Part shown: piece by piece, positions 39,481-54,151 of the stretch | How the letters are laid out: every line of letters begins with the position of its first letter | Numbering within the stretch: position 1 is the first letter of the stretch | Made by a program: the position numbers and the translations under genes | Source of the DNA: Octopus bimaculoides | Taxonomy: Eukaryota | NCBI RefSeq assembly: GCF_001194135.2 | Contig: NC_068987.1 | Span: 100,909,791 to 100,965,957 of the forward strand | DNA length: 56,167 nucleotides | Reading direction: 5' to 3' | Notes under the pieces: model-generated | Databases searched by the model: none | What the model was told of the DNA's origin: nothing | The model's input: the letters and a program-made list of their open reading frames with translations, nothing else

Positions 39481-41958
39481 ATATANNNNNNNNNNNNNNN
39501 NNNNNNNNNNNNNNNNNNNNNNNNNNNNNNNNNNNNNNNNNNNNNNNNNNNNNNNNNNNNNNNNNNNNNNNNNNNNNNNNNNNNNNNNNNNNNNNNNNNN
39601 NNNNNNNNNNNNNNNNNNNNNNNNNNNNNNNNNNNNNNNNNNNNNNNNNNNNNNNNNNNNNNNNNNNNNNNNNNNNNNNNNNNNNNNNNNNNNNNNNNNN
39701 NNNNNNNNNNNNNNNNNNNNNNNNNNNNNNNNNNNNNNNNNNNNNNNNNNNNNNNNNNNNNNNNNNNNNNNNNNNNNNNNNNNNNNNNNNNNNNNNNNNN
39801 NNNNNNNNNNNNNNNNNNNNNNNNNNNNNNNNNNNNNNNNNNNNNNNNNNNNNNNNNNNNNNNNNNNNNNNNNNNNNNNNNNNNNNNNNNNNNNNNNNNN
39901 NNNNNNNNNNNNNNNNNNNNNNNNNNNNNNNNNNNNNNNNNNNNNNNNNNNNNNNNNNNNNNNNNNNNNNNNNNNNNNNNNNNNNNNNNNNNNNNNNNNN
40001 NNNNNNNNNNNNNNNNNNNNNNNNNNNNNNNNNNNNNNNNNNNNNNNNNNNNNNNNNNNNNNNNNNNNNNNNNNNNNNNNNNNNNNNNNNNNNNNNNNNN
40101 NNNNNNNNNNNNNNNNNNNNNNNNNNNNNNNNNNNNNNNNNNNNNNNNNNNNNNNNNNNNNNNNNNNNNNNNNNNNNNNNNNNNNNNNNNNNNNNNNNNN
40201 NNNNNNNNNNNNNNNNNNNNNNNNNNNNNNNNNNNNNNNNNNNNNNNNNNNNNNNNNNNNNNNNNNNNNNNNNNNNNNNNNNNNNNNNNNNNNNNNNNNN
40301 NNNNNNNNNNNNNNNNNNNNNNATATATATACATATATACATACATACATAGGTTCACACAATCACACATACGTACTATACACACATACACACATATATT
40401 AATGTTTGTTTTTATGTCGTAATAAATAAAACAATTTAACATTCAGCTGGAGGATGGCTAAATATTTCTTAGCGGAGAACATGTCTATTAAACTTTGATA
40501 AGTAGAAGAGTCACTCTGAGTTCGAAGTTTTGGCTTATGTCAATGCATGTTAATAGATAGAAAAAGTGACACAGAGACAGTTACAGAAGCATGCCAGTGA
40601 ATTTCACGAAGTGGAACACAACCGGTTTCTGGACTTGTCGCATATTCATCGATACGCCGCTCCTTGGTTTTCTGATTTCCTGATTAATATACCACTTGAA
40701 ATTTCGTCTTTTATAACCTAGGTGCAATTGAAATATTTCAACTGGATATAAGGCCTGTAGTGTCTCATTAGTTCTCAATATATATTCTTCCTTCCTCTAA
40801 TTTGGATGAGGCTTTGACTACTACTGGGTAGTTGAGCTCTAAATTAATGTAAGACTTATCTTTTGCTCCATAGAATAATATCAATTCTCTTGTGTTTGTA
40901 CTGGGTTGGAATTTTTATTGGCATGTTACAACAATATTCCTCATTTTTAAAAGTGTGAAGTGTAGTGTTCCTTTCCTATCGGAATAGCATCTATGGGAAA
41001 CAGTTGTTGATAATATGTGTGGTAATTGCCATATAGGCATATTCAGCGTTTATTATTTGTCTCGATGTAGATGCTGCATCATTTCGTTACTGAATCGCAA
41101 TTGCGTAGCTTCCTGGGTGAGATTTGATGTATCTACCCCAAGTATAAGATAGGCTATTCTTCTAGTCAGTTTGTCTACTATGTATGCATGTGTCTTCTAT
41201 TTTAAAATTATTATAAACTTTCCACTGAGGAGAGAGCTGGTTTCGAACAAAGATACAAGGCTCCATCTTTCGGATGTAGTTAACACAGACAAATTCACAT
41301 TTGGAACTTGAGAAAAGACTTGCATATTTTTACTGTTCTACTCACAGATTGAACTTGTAATGTACGAATCAGCAGGTCAATTTCTCTTTCACAAAATCCC
41401 AGTTTATCTAGATTCTCCTTTAAGCATTTATTAACCAAACCTAGTGCTCCAATTATTATTAGTATGAATATGAATTCATTATCTGGATATAGAAGCTGGA
41501 ATTTTGAAGCAGTCGTCCATGCATATCCTCTTTTTCTTTGTATGTATGTTTGTATGTATGTATGTATGTATGTATGTGTGCAAGTGTATGTGTGTGTATG
41601 AACGGGTGCATGTGGTGAGGGTTAAACTCCATGAAAACACTTTTAACATCATGATTTTTCATTTGGTGGGCGTGACGTGTCATCATGTTTCATATGTATA
41701 TATACAAAGTAGTAAATAAAAAAAAAAACAATAAAAGATATACTGCTGTGGTTTAACTCCCTTTCAGAATATGCATTTAAAAGCAAAATCTTTCATATGA
41801 TTTAAACATATTCGAACCCAGAGCGTCGAAGAGCTACTTGGAAACACGTCTGACCGGGTCAGTATTTTATAATAATATTATTATTATTATTATTAATAAT
41901 AATAATAAAAATAATGATAATGATAATGATAATAATGATAATGATAATAATAATAATG

Positions 41959-42070
<112 letters not shown>

Positions 42071-42318
42071 GTGCCATGAGGTAACATTTTTCAGCAGCTA
42101 TTTTAATAATAGATTCATTAGGAAGTATTCTAAAAGATGCAGACAAATATATAACCAAATCTACAGGACATAAACGACATACACAAAATTTCACCAAGAG
42201 GCACTGCACACATGTTACGAAGCATATTTTCAATACAATGGAAAGCATAAAACAAAATATCACGCGAAACTCACCGTAGGCACAAAGAACTGCGCTCTGT
42301 TGAATATTGAAAACATAC
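42071..42318 (+). mobile_element. R4/Dong-clade 3' fragment (diverged)
   Basis: Similar to the 3' end of 15653-17344 (gcagacaaatatataaccaaa..ggcactgcacacat..gcacaaagaactgcgct). Between two (AAT)n tracts. Confidence 0.7.
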
Positions 42319-42373
<55 letters not shown>

Positions 42374-42634
42374 GTAAGGAGAAGAAGAAGAAGAAGAAGA
42401 AGAAGAAGAAGAAGAAGAAGAAGAAGAAGAAGAAGAAGAAGAAGAAGAAGAAGAAGAAGAAGATTAATAGGAATAATAATTAGAATTTATTTTATTGGCC
42501 ACAAGGGCCTACCGGGTTGTTGGTATTACATAAGTGAAATAATTAGGAAAACACCAAACAATTATCGCTGGTTTAAGATAAGTTGATAAATAAGTATAAC
42601 ACCAGTAACAAACAACAGCAACAACACGAACAGC

Positions 42635-42670
<36 letters not shown>

Positions 42671-42694
42671 AATAATAATAACAGCAACAACAAC

Positions 42695-42744
<50 letters not shown>

Positions 42745-42756
42745 GAATAATAATAA

Positions 42757-43887
<1,131 letters not shown>

Positions 43888-44240
43888 CTTTCTTATCGTT
43901 ATGTCAATCCCAACAGATGACAAAGTATCTGTAAAAGTGTCTCGAAATATAAAGGTCTGAAAATAGTATCAGTCCAAATGTGAAACCTAATACAGAAATA
44001 ATCTCTGTCATAACAGATGCATTAGGAATGGTTATAAAACTTTCACAGCCAACACAACAGTTCTTACGAATATATTTAACATAGAGACAATAGCACTGGT
44101 AGGCATTGCACTCATCCTAAGTAAAGAACTTTCAATACAGTGGAAATTACAGCACCAAAACAAACCACGACACGTAACTAAGGCACACAGAGATCCGCTT
44201 GGTAATACAGTCAACGCAAGTGATAAAAATATGACTACTG
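43888..44240 (+). mobile_element. R4/Dong-clade 3' fragment (diverged)
   Basis: Degenerate LIVMSIPTDDKVSVK and IALVGIALILSK. Preceded by (AAT)n and followed by AAT/GAT repeats. Confidence 0.7.
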
Positions 44241-44259
44241 AATAACAGCAATCATAATA

Positions 44260-44293
<34 letters not shown>

Positions 44294-44342
44294 CAAATTA
44301 AGGCACGAGGCCATCAATTTAGAAGAAGTGGATGAGTGGGAA

Positions 44343-44420
<78 letters not shown>

Positions 44421-44424
<4 letters not shown>

Positions 44425-44826
44425 GAAAAAAGATGGTATAAACACACGCCAGAAAAGGTCACAGAAAACGAGAAAGCAACCATACTCTGGGATATGCCAA
44501 TACACACAGATAGAGAAATTAAGGCAAATAGACCAGATATAGTTGTGAAAGATCATGAAGAAAAAAAATGCTTTCTAATTGATGTATCAATACCAGCAGA
44601 TGACAACGTTTCTCTAAAAGAAATGGAAAAACTTTCAAAATACAAAGACCTGGANNNNNNNNNNNNNNNNNNNNNNNNNNNNNNNNNNNNNNNNNNNNNN
44701 NNNNNNNNNNNNNNNNNNNNNNNNNNNNNNNNNNNNNNNNNNNNNNNNNNNNNNNNNNNNNNNNNNNNNNNNNNCACAGAGCTGCGCTCGGTAGTGAAGT
44801 GAAAGCACGTTATAAAAATAAAACTA

Positions 44827-44830
<4 letters not shown>
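44421..44830 (+). mobile_element. Apparently young R4/Dong-clade 3' fragment, interrupted by an N-gap
   Basis: Uninterrupted TEKRWYKHTPEKVTENEKATILWDMPIHTDREIKANRPDIVVKDHEEKKCFLIDVSIPADDNVSLKEMEKLSKYKDL, with an intact RPD..D..K RLE core. (AAT)n on both sides. Confidence 0.9.
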
Positions 44831-44904
<74 letters not shown>

Positions 44905-44906
<2 letters not shown>

Positions 44907-46800
44907 CACGGACAATATTCGCCATATTCACCCATCTTTTTTATAAAATTGCTGGAACTCAGCGCTTCTTTCTCAACCCTCACTTTCCTTTTCAGATGGT
45001 ACTTGAAAAAGTTGATGGTGGGAAGGCCAAAGTGAAAAGTATTTGTCTTCAGCCCTTTCAGTCTAGATCACCACACAACCTTTTTCGCTACAGCCACGAG
45101 TCAGATGAAAATTGCCTTTTCTTACCGGCCAAAGGAAGGTGGTGGTGCAATCTTCATGATGGAATCAGCTGATAAGCGGACACGTCCTACACGTGACAGC
45201 TAGTGTTCGACATAAACCTATATATCAGATATGCTCAGGCACTGGACGAGTGCAGAACGGTTTCGTCGCTCTGCGCAAATCTCGTGCAGGTCCGACTGAC
45301 AGTACTTCCGTGGCAGTAGAGTTTATCTCGAACAAGCAAAGCCCCCTACAGCACTGCCAGGCTAGGGATTTCTAGAAGTTTTCCATAGGTTCCGGACCGA
45401 AAGTCCTCTGGAACAGACTGACGAGTTGAAATTCATCGACGCCTTGAGTTTCCCCAAGAAAGTCGTCGTTTCCTTTCACCACTAACCCTCTATAAAACGC
45501 CATACTAGAACTTGCACTAACTGCATTGCACGACTGGCGGAGAAGCGTGAGTGCCTAGCGACACTCAAGGTGCCAGACACCCAGCCTCGGTCTACGCTTG
45601 ATCCAAGATTGCAGCTCAGTCAAAGGGAAAGCAAGTCTCACAAACGGCGACCACGCCTGCTCACAGTCATCGAGGAAATGCTGGATGTGCTGCAGCTTCA
45701 TCGCATGTCTGCGCATCGATAGCCTCAGCATACTCAGCCCACCGTTCATAGGGTGTTGACAGCAAATGGAGTGCCTGACCAGCGGAAAGAGGCGGAAAAC
45801 CCAACGCTCCAGCTTTACTAGGTACGAACTGAGGAAAAGCATGACGGTGAGGTGGTAGTAACTGACTGATGCAACACATGTGTTTGCCACCTCAGCCCGA
45901 CCTTTCAAGGTTAGCTTCCGCTCGGCCCATTTCTGGGCGAGATTGGCTACCCAGCTCGTCACCTCGCTCCAATTCTCCAGTTGGTGGTTCGGTCAAGACC
46001 AGAATCCATGCAATCTTACGTCCTACAATGCTGTCAATCGGCATGGATCTGCCTCTCCAGGCACCGAGCTGCAGGCCTACCAATTTTTCCGGATTAATCT
46101 CTGCTTCCGTTACTTCTGCGTATTCTTTCATAGTAGGGCTGGCCAGATCTATGGTGCTTGTCGTAAGACGCTATGATGGTGACGTGGTCTGCGTATGCCG
46201 ACAGAAATCTCCCACATCCTAGTTCACGCGAGATGCCTCTCAATGTCTCCAGTTTCCAAAGTAATGGTTCGAGGGTCAGTACATACAGAAGGACAAGAGA
46301 GGGCACATTTGACGGACCGAACACACGATACTGAATGGCTCCGATAGGTGACCATTCACCCGAACTACCGAGCAGGTGCCGCTGTACTTCAAAGTGATCC
46401 AACCGCGGAAAACAGAACCGAAACCGGCCGCCGTTATCTAAATTGATGAGATCCTTACCCATAACAGGTCTCTTAACTACCCAATCCACGGTGTAGCGTA
46501 TAAGGTGGGGGTATTCGTGGATGGAGCTGCTTGGGACGGCGTATGTTTGTGCGTCTCCAACCAGTTTCTCGACGGCGAGCGCTAACCTCTTCACTAAAAC
46601 TTTGGCCAAAATTTTCCTGTCTGCATTAAGCAGATTGTTTAGCCTAAAATTATCTAATACCTCCCGCTTCTATCCTTTCTCAACAATAGCACCGCTCCTC
46701 AGCTCACAGTTTTGGGAATTCTCTCATTCTATTGCCAGTTGCTGTAGATATCTGCTGCCAAGAGGCCTGGAAACACGTCTGGCATAGAGAATAAAGCTCG
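44905..46800 (-). mobile_element. Decayed L1/Tx1-clade LINE (RT domain to C-terminal zinc knuckle)
   Basis: Broken frames: LLNADRKILAKVLVKRL..QTYAVP..LINLD; LLYVLTLEPLL..AYADH; WAERKLTLKGRAEVANT; GALLVRDKLYCHG..DETVLH; FKYHLKRKVRVE..FIKRWV. Bounded by (AAT)n on both sides. Confidence 0.85.
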
Positions 46801-46819
46801 TAATAATAATAATAATAAT

Positions 46820-46907
46820 AAATGCACTAAACATAAGAGCACCACAGCAAACCACAGCTCATACCCAAGGCGCACAGAGCTGCGCTCGGTAGTGAAGTGA
46901 AAGCACC
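46820..46907 (+). mobile_element. R4/Dong 3'-UTR-only fragment
   Basis: taaacataagagcaccacagcaaaccacagc..gcgcacagagctgcgctcggtagtgaagtgaaagcac matches the 3' UTR at 15317-15420(-). Preceded by (TAA)n. Confidence 0.85.
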
Positions 46908-47250
46908 TCTTGTCTCCTGAAATAGTACTTGGAGAAATTAATGAGGAACATTAAAGGTTTTTCTGTTCAAGGAAAAAAGTGACTTGACCCTTGTGAAAGA
47001 CTCGGCTGACACACGGATCTATCTTTCGCATGATTCGATCTGCTCGCCATGAAGCGATATATCACCAAGCGCAGACACATAACATGCGAGTACTAAACGT
47101 TTTCGTTACGCTGGGCACATCCATAATTGGTTCGGTTGATGACACCAATACAGCTACGTATTTTGTACTGCAACATTTTTTACTCTTGTGGCCAATAAAA
47201 TAAGTTAAATAGGTATCAATTTCTGTGCTTGTGCCTGCATGCTTGCATGT

Positions 47251-47295
<45 letters not shown>

Positions 47296-48309
47296 GGTGT
47301 GTGTGTATGCGTGTGTGCGTCTGTGTGTATGTGTGTCTTTGCACGCGTGTGTGTGTGCGTGCGTGTTTGTGTTAAACTCGTATTTTAAAAGAAAAAAACA
47401 CTTGGATCACATACTCAAGTTAACATCATTAGTTTTATTATCCCATGTATCGTTTTTGCAATTCATAGTGTTGATGTTGCCCCTGTTTTGCTGATATTGA
47501 TGTTGTTGCTGCTGCTGTTGTTAATATTCCATCGGTAGTATAATATATGTGTGAGAAAAATATTCAATATATTAAACCCTTCGTTAGAGAGAAACAGAAT
47601 AAAGGTTCTGCTCATAAATCATATGTAATCAATTATGTTGTTATAGCATACAAACGGACGTAAAATAGGAAATAGTTCTATAAAGATCGAAATTACATTA
47701 TTATCTATATATGAAACATATGGCTATTGACGGTGTAAGTAAGTTACGAACTTGCGAATGAGTTGGTGTAGCAGGTATTTCATTGTGGCCGAGGGCAAAA
47801 AATTTTACAGGACTTGCATACGGTTTCACGCCTGATTTAAAATGCTTTATTTCATAGGAAAAAATTACTATAAAAGTGGAAATTCCAGCTTGATTTTCGC
47901 CATCATTTTCTCAGTTCAATTGTACTATTAACACACGTACCAGAAGCAATAATTTTACTCTTCATCCTTTCGACAATGGGCCTATTATACCCTATCACAT
48001 TTGGCAGATATGCTGATAAATTTGCGAGAAACGGCAACGGAAGAATGTAACCTAGATTCTTTGTGTGAATACAATACTGACAAGTATGGTTGTAAAATGT
48101 TATTAAACATTGCTTCGTGTGAAAAGAAAGTGTAGAAATATTTTTTGAAAAAAAAAAAAAACGAATACATTATAAAATTATTGATGCAGTATTCTAACTA
48201 TTGATTTCCAATAGCAACTAGCATTGCTCAATAATTTCAACAGGTACAGTTTTAAGTTTCAGCTGACAGAAAATTGTGTACGAAGAAATTTGCGCGTATA
48301 ATATCAACA

Positions 48310-48363
<54 letters not shown>

Positions 48364-48513
48364 NNNNNNNNNNNNNNNNNNNNNNNNNNNNNNNNNNNNN
48401 NNNNNNNNNNNNNNNNNNNNNNNNNNNNNNNNNNNNNNNNNNNNNNNNNNNNNNNNNNNNNNNNNNNNNNNNNNNNNNNNNNNNNNNNNNNNNNNNNNNN
48501 NNNNNNNNNNNNN

Positions 48514-48547
<34 letters not shown>

Positions 48548-50130
48548 GAGTTTGTGGATAGACGTGTGTATGTGTGTCTATATGTATATGTGTGTATGTG
48601 TATGAGAGAGAGAGAGATAGTAATTTCTGTGTACATATGTTGTAATTACAAGACCTGCGACAGTGCTAGTTTTATGCTTATAAAGTATTATTTTACTATA
48701 GAGACACACTTGTCTTTCACCGCGTAGAAAATAATTTAGATTCTGTCGAATCGAAGTATTGTATCTATATGAGGCTTGATTTCTTTTTGGTTTCTTTTAC
48801 ACCGTTAAACAGTGATAATCATCGAAGGCCAGCAACCAGGAGATGGAGTAGCACCACAAGATTTATGCTCTGTAATATCTAAATGACGACGAGTAACATA
48901 GCATATTGCTCAGGCTTTAGATTTGTTTGGGGAGGGGGTTCAAAATTGCGAACAAATACACACCTATACGAATGCAACATGGATATATATATATATANNN
49001 NNNNNNNNNNNNNNNNNNNNNNNNNNNNNNNNNNNNNNNNNNNNNNNNNNNNNNNNNNNNNNNNNNNNNNNNNNNNNNNNNNNNNNNNNNNNNNNNNNNN
49101 NNNNNNNNNNNNNNNNNNNNNNNNNNNNNNNNNNNNNNNNNNNNNNNNNNNNNNNNNNNNNNNNNNNNNNNNNNNNNNNNNNNNNNNNNNNNNNNNNNNN
49201 NNNNNNNNNNNNNNNNNNNNNNNNNNNNNNNNNNNNNNNNNNNNNNNNNNNNNNNNNNNNNNNNNNNNNNNNNNNNNNNNNNNNNNNNNNNNNNNNNNNN
49301 NNNNNNNNNNNNNNNNNNNNNNNNNNNNNNNNNNNNNNNNNNNNNNNNNNNNNNNNNNNNNNNNNNNNNNNNNNNNNNNNNNNNNNNNNNNNNNNNNNNN
49401 NNNNNNNNNNNNNNNNNNNNNNNNNNNNNNNNNNNNNNNNNNNNNNNNNNNNNNNNNNNNNNNNNNNNNNNNNNNNNNNNNNNNNNNNNNNNNNNNNNNN
49501 NNNNNNNNNNNNNNNNNNNNNNNNNNNNNNNNNNNNNNNNNNNNNNNNNNNNNNNNNNNNNNNNNNNNNNNNNNNNNNNNNNNNNNNNNNNNNNNNATAT
49601 ATACGTGTGTTTGTGTGTGTGTGTGTGCGTGTGTGATATTTCTGTGTGTGTGTTTGTGTGTGTGTGTTTGCGTGTGTGTGAGCGTGTGTGTGTGTGTGTG
49701 TGAACGTTGAACTCGAAAGGTAAAAACATAAAAACATAGATCATCTATTTAAACATGCAGGGGGTTCCTGTAGAATATACCATTTCATGAATAAACACGA
49801 AATTCATTTTGTTCCTTCGCTTGTATTCGTTATTCTGCACAGTCGGCATTATTCCGTATAATGGAAATACTAGCTTTCCTTAGTTTCAAAAGGTATTAAG
49901 ATTAGATAGTTGAAATGTTTAGGGTTTTACGTATCTTACAACTTTTTCTAGAGCCACTGAATTTGGTGGTAGAAATTAATCTGTAACTCGTTGGGATGCA
50001 CCAATTGTTTACGGCAGATAGCACTCAACTAAAAGCACCCATGTTTCTATTAGGATTGTTTGATCGAGCAACGGTTCATGTGTGACAGAAATATACCTTT
50101 AAGAGTTCTTAATATTAGCATACTTAAACA

Positions 50131-50340
50131 AATGAAGGGTTCTGAAGAGTTCCTGGCTTTGAGTAAAAGAAAATACAGGAGGATCAGTTGCATACGATTT
50201 TATTCAATATATTTCTCTGATTCACACATTAATTGCAGCGGTCCTTCAGATTTCAAAACCCTTTAAAAAAACTCGGAAATTCGAGCATCCATCATTTCGC
50301 AAGACCCTTAAAGCCAGGAACTTTTCAGCATCCCCTGTCG
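50131..50340. mobile_element. ~210-bp MITE with mariner-type TIRs
   Basis: tgaagggttctgaagagttcctggctttgag is an imperfect inverted repeat of cttaaagccaggaacttttcagcatcccctg. No coding capacity. Confidence 0.8.
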
Positions 50341-50419
50341 CGTGTGTGTGTGTGTGTGTATGTGTGTGTGGGTGTGTGAGTGCGTACGTGTGTGTGTGTG
50401 TGTATGTTTATATATAAAA

Positions 50420-50600
50420 TAAACAAAACAAAAGACGAAGACGGATGTGTAGACAACAAACACATGTATTAGTTTAACGCTCGGGAAGTGAGAAAGTCTT
50501 TTATGTTTTGAGCCTACGCTCTTCAGCAGAAAGGAACACAGAAATAGAGAGAGAAAATAAAATAAAAAGTTTACTGGCTAGCTATCAATCACGGCAAATA
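50420..50600 (-). mobile_element. Penelope-like pseudo-LTR fragment, same family as 27914-28480
   Basis: The reverse complement matches ~28290-28475 (cctttctgctgaagagcgtaggctc..aaagactt..ttcccgagcgtt..actaatac). Confidence 0.6.
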
Positions 50601-51458
50601 TATATATATTAGACTNNNNNNNNNNNNNNNNNNNNNNNNNNNNNNNNNNNNNNNNNNNNNNNNNNNNNNNNNNNNNNNNNNNNNNNNNNNNNNNNNNNNN
50701 NNNNNNNNNNNNNNNNNNNNNNNNNNNNNNNNNNNNNNNNNNNNNNNNNNNNNNNNNNNNNNNNNNNNNNNNNNNNNNNNNNNNNNNNNNNNNNNNNNNN
50801 NNNNNNNNNNNNNNNNNNNNNNNNNNNNNNNNNNNNNNNNNNNNNNNNNNNNNNNNNNNNNNNNNNNNNNNNNNNNNNNNNNNNNNNNNNNNNNNNNNNN
50901 NNNNNNNNNNNNNNNNNNNNNNNNNNNNNNNNNNNNNNNNNNNNNNNNNNNNNNNNNNNNNNNNNNNNNNNNNNNNNNNNNNNNNNNNNNNNNNNNNNNN
51001 NNNNNNNNNNNNNNNNNNNNNNNNNNNNNNNNNNNNNNNNNNNNNNNNNNNNNNNNNNNNNNNNNNNNNNNNNNNNNNNNNNNNNNNNNNNNNNNNNNNN
51101 NNNNNNNNNNNNNNNNNNNNNNNNNNNNNNNNNNNNNNNNNNNNNNNNNNNNNNNNNNNNNNNNNNNNNNNNNNNNNNNNNNNNNNNNNNNNNNNNNNNN
51201 NNNNNNNNNNNNNNNNNNNNNNNNNNNNNNNNNNNNNNNNNNNNNNNNNNNNNNNNNNNNNNNNNNNNNNNNNNNNNNNNNNNNNNNNNNNNNNNNNNNN
51301 NNNNNNNNNNNNNNNNNNNNNNNNNNNNNNNNNNNNNNNNNNNNNNNNNNNNNNNNNNNNNNNNNNNNNNNNNNNNNNNNNNNNNNNNNNNNNNNNNNNN
51401 NNNNNNNNNNNNNNNNNNNNNNNNNNNNNNNNNNNNNNNNNNNNNNNNNNNNNNNNNN

Positions 51459-52553
51459 AATTTAGTATTACTCAGTTTTCTGTGAATCAATTTTGATAAA
51501 ACTTTTCCCACCTAGTCTGCACACCATGGCAACACAATTGTTGTCTTCGCTATTCTGTGTAAAGTCCTTTCTTTATATCTCAGATTCTTCAGTTTTTGGT
51601 GAACCACGCTAATAGCTTTTGAATGAAAATAGCCTATCAAGACTAAGAATACGTGATTTCTTACAGGAGACAGCGGTGTCATCTAGCCAGGGATCCAAGG
51701 CCTCCTTCAGGAGATTATAGTTGGCGGCTGCGGTCCCTTTAGCCCTTTCAGACACCCTGACTGGGCCAATAAATCTGTCTCCAGTGATACCAGCCCACAA
51801 CCTGACTCCTACATCCTGTTGTTGATGTCATAAATGTTGGTGATGCTCGTCTCCAAAGAGACCCAACAACTTGACCAACCGTCATGTCCGTCAAGGGTCG
51901 CCTTGGTTTCGTCAGTGAACAGGAAACAACTCATGTCTAACGTCATGTAATTTTGAGCTCATTGAAGCCTCGAAACCCTGTGATGAGGCGTTAAACGATG
52001 CAGTCCCAGGGGTTCTTGCACGGAAGTCATGGTCCCGAAGATGCGGTTTCTTGTGGTTTTCGCTACACGAGAAAGTCTGGAGGCGCTGAATATGGTTTTG
52101 CTTCATTGTCCATGTTTTCCACGTAACTTGCGGCCAATATTCCTTAAATCCCTAGCTTTCACAGTCTTGCAAGTCCCACAATTGGATCGTTTCTTCCATG
52201 GCGAAAGATCCTTCAGAAATCCTCTAACCATGTCCACATGACGACCTAACTTCTCCGCAATGACATGAAGAGAGATGACTTTAGCACTTTCTTTGATGAT
52301 GACAGACTTTTTCTTAATCGTTAAGGCTTTTTCCACTTCCCATTATTCACAGAGAAATGAGACGCTCTTATCGTGATTCACCGAAAAACAGAAGAATCTG
52401 AAATAAAAAAAAGGACGTTATACAGTATAGTGAAAATATAACAATTGGTGTTGCCATAGTGTGCAAACCAGCTGGGAAACATTTTATCAATATTGATTCT
52501 CAGAAAACCGAGAAATCCTAAATTTTACTCCTAAACTATTAGCGTGGTTATGG

Positions 52554-52556
<3 letters not shown>
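51459..52556 (-). mobile_element. Tc1-like DNA transposon, internally deleted, with ~190-bp IR/DR terminal repeats
   Basis: 51459-51616 is an inverted repeat of 52363-~52520; the left outer end lies in the N-gap. The right end is ..ggctg followed by TA in a (TA)n tract. Transposase remnants: HTH-like IAEKLGRHVDMVRGFL and MWAGITGDRFIGPVRV..LDPWL. Confidence 0.85.
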
Positions 52557-52607
<51 letters not shown>

Positions 52608-52648
52608 CTGCGCGCGCGCATGCGTGTATAGAGATAGATAGATGAATG

Positions 52649-52711
<63 letters not shown>

Positions 52712-52716
52712 GAATG

Positions 52717-52757
<41 letters not shown>

Positions 52758-53284
52758 ATAGATCTTGAATGTTCGGCTGTTCGAATGTGGGAGTAGCTAA
52801 AGGGGCATCTATGGATAGGGCATCTTAAGCAATGAATGTATGCATGGTACTTGCTAATATGTCATATTCTCCTGCTAATAACAAATGCAGATGTATTTGA
52901 GATAGTATACGGCAGAAAAAGCAAATATAAAATCAAAATATATGAACTAAGTATTGTGTACATGAGTTCAATTTTAGAAGATCAAATTTAGTTATTATTA
53001 ATAACTCTGCGTTGCATTATGAGATCCGATAGTTGTCGCTAAATTACCCACCTTTCCAGATTTTCACTGACTTCAGATCTTGATGACGTTAAATTTTTGA
53101 CTTTCTTTATTCCGAGATCGACTAAATAAAAGACCAGTCAAGAAATACAAAGAATCATAATTGATTAGACACGTTCTTTCAAATTTCTTGTCTTTTGCTT
53201 ATTTTAGAAATAATTGTTAGTAACTTGGTCAGTCTCCGTTCTGTCTTTATAGCTGGCTACGTCACCTTGTATTTCTTATGATAT

Positions 53285-54151
53285 CTGAAATTTGATCAAA
53301 AAGTATCCCGACTGTTGTCACATTAACGAAGCTAAAGCAGAGTAAAGTCGCTTGTCACAAATTGATCTTGACTTCTGCTGTGCAGGTGCACTAAGTTTTA
53401 ATATTCTAGCTCACTTCTGTTTACAGCAGTGCTTGGAAGGAACGTGTGTAGCATGTGACCGTCGCATTGACTATGACAAACAAAGTTGTCATGGCTATAC
53501 TTGCCCAGAGGCCTATGCAAAGTTGCAGAAAGTGCATGGAGAGGTGTGTATGAGCGTACACAAGTGTACGAGTGGTTCATACGTTTCTAAGATGGCCGAA
53601 AAATGTCAATATTGGCGAACGTTCTAAGAGACCTGCAACCAGCAGAACTGGAGGAAATCATCGCAGATTTGCGTGCAGCTGTGAGGGGAAATCCTCGAAT
53701 CCCCATCTGTGAGTTATCAGAGGGTCTGCAGATTAGTTACGATTCAGTTCAGTCCATTATCACTAAGTATTTGGGTATGAGATGCGTGTCTGTCAAGTGT
53801 GTGCCAAAACTGCTTTCAGCTAACCAGAAACACACTCGGTTTCGGTTGTATAATATCTCCTTGATTCTGTCGAGATCGATGAAAACATTTCGAAAACTAT
53901 GAGATGACCTCTGAGCGGGTATCACAACGCATTTGGCAAAGTTTGATGCAGATTCTCTGCTCAACTTTGTCACGGTCAATGCGATGAACACACGCTACAA
54001 ACGTTACTTTCAAGCACTACTGTAAACAGCGCAAATGAGCTGGAACGTTATAACCTTGTGCTCATGCATAGCAGAGTTCAAGCGGCTTTACTCTGCGTGT
54101 TTTAGCTTCGTTATTATGGCAACAGGTGGGATACTTATTGATCAGACCACA
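53285..54151 (+). mobile_element. mariner-family deletion derivative
   Basis: ~65-bp imperfect TIRs (tgatcaaaaagtatcccgactgttgtc..aacgaagctaaa..gcagagtaaag versus the reverse complement at 54078-54150), with TA at the right end. Remnant VYEWFIRF and ISYDSVQSIITKYLGMRCVSVKCVPKLL (a WVPxxL variant). The DDD domain is missing. Confidence 0.85.
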
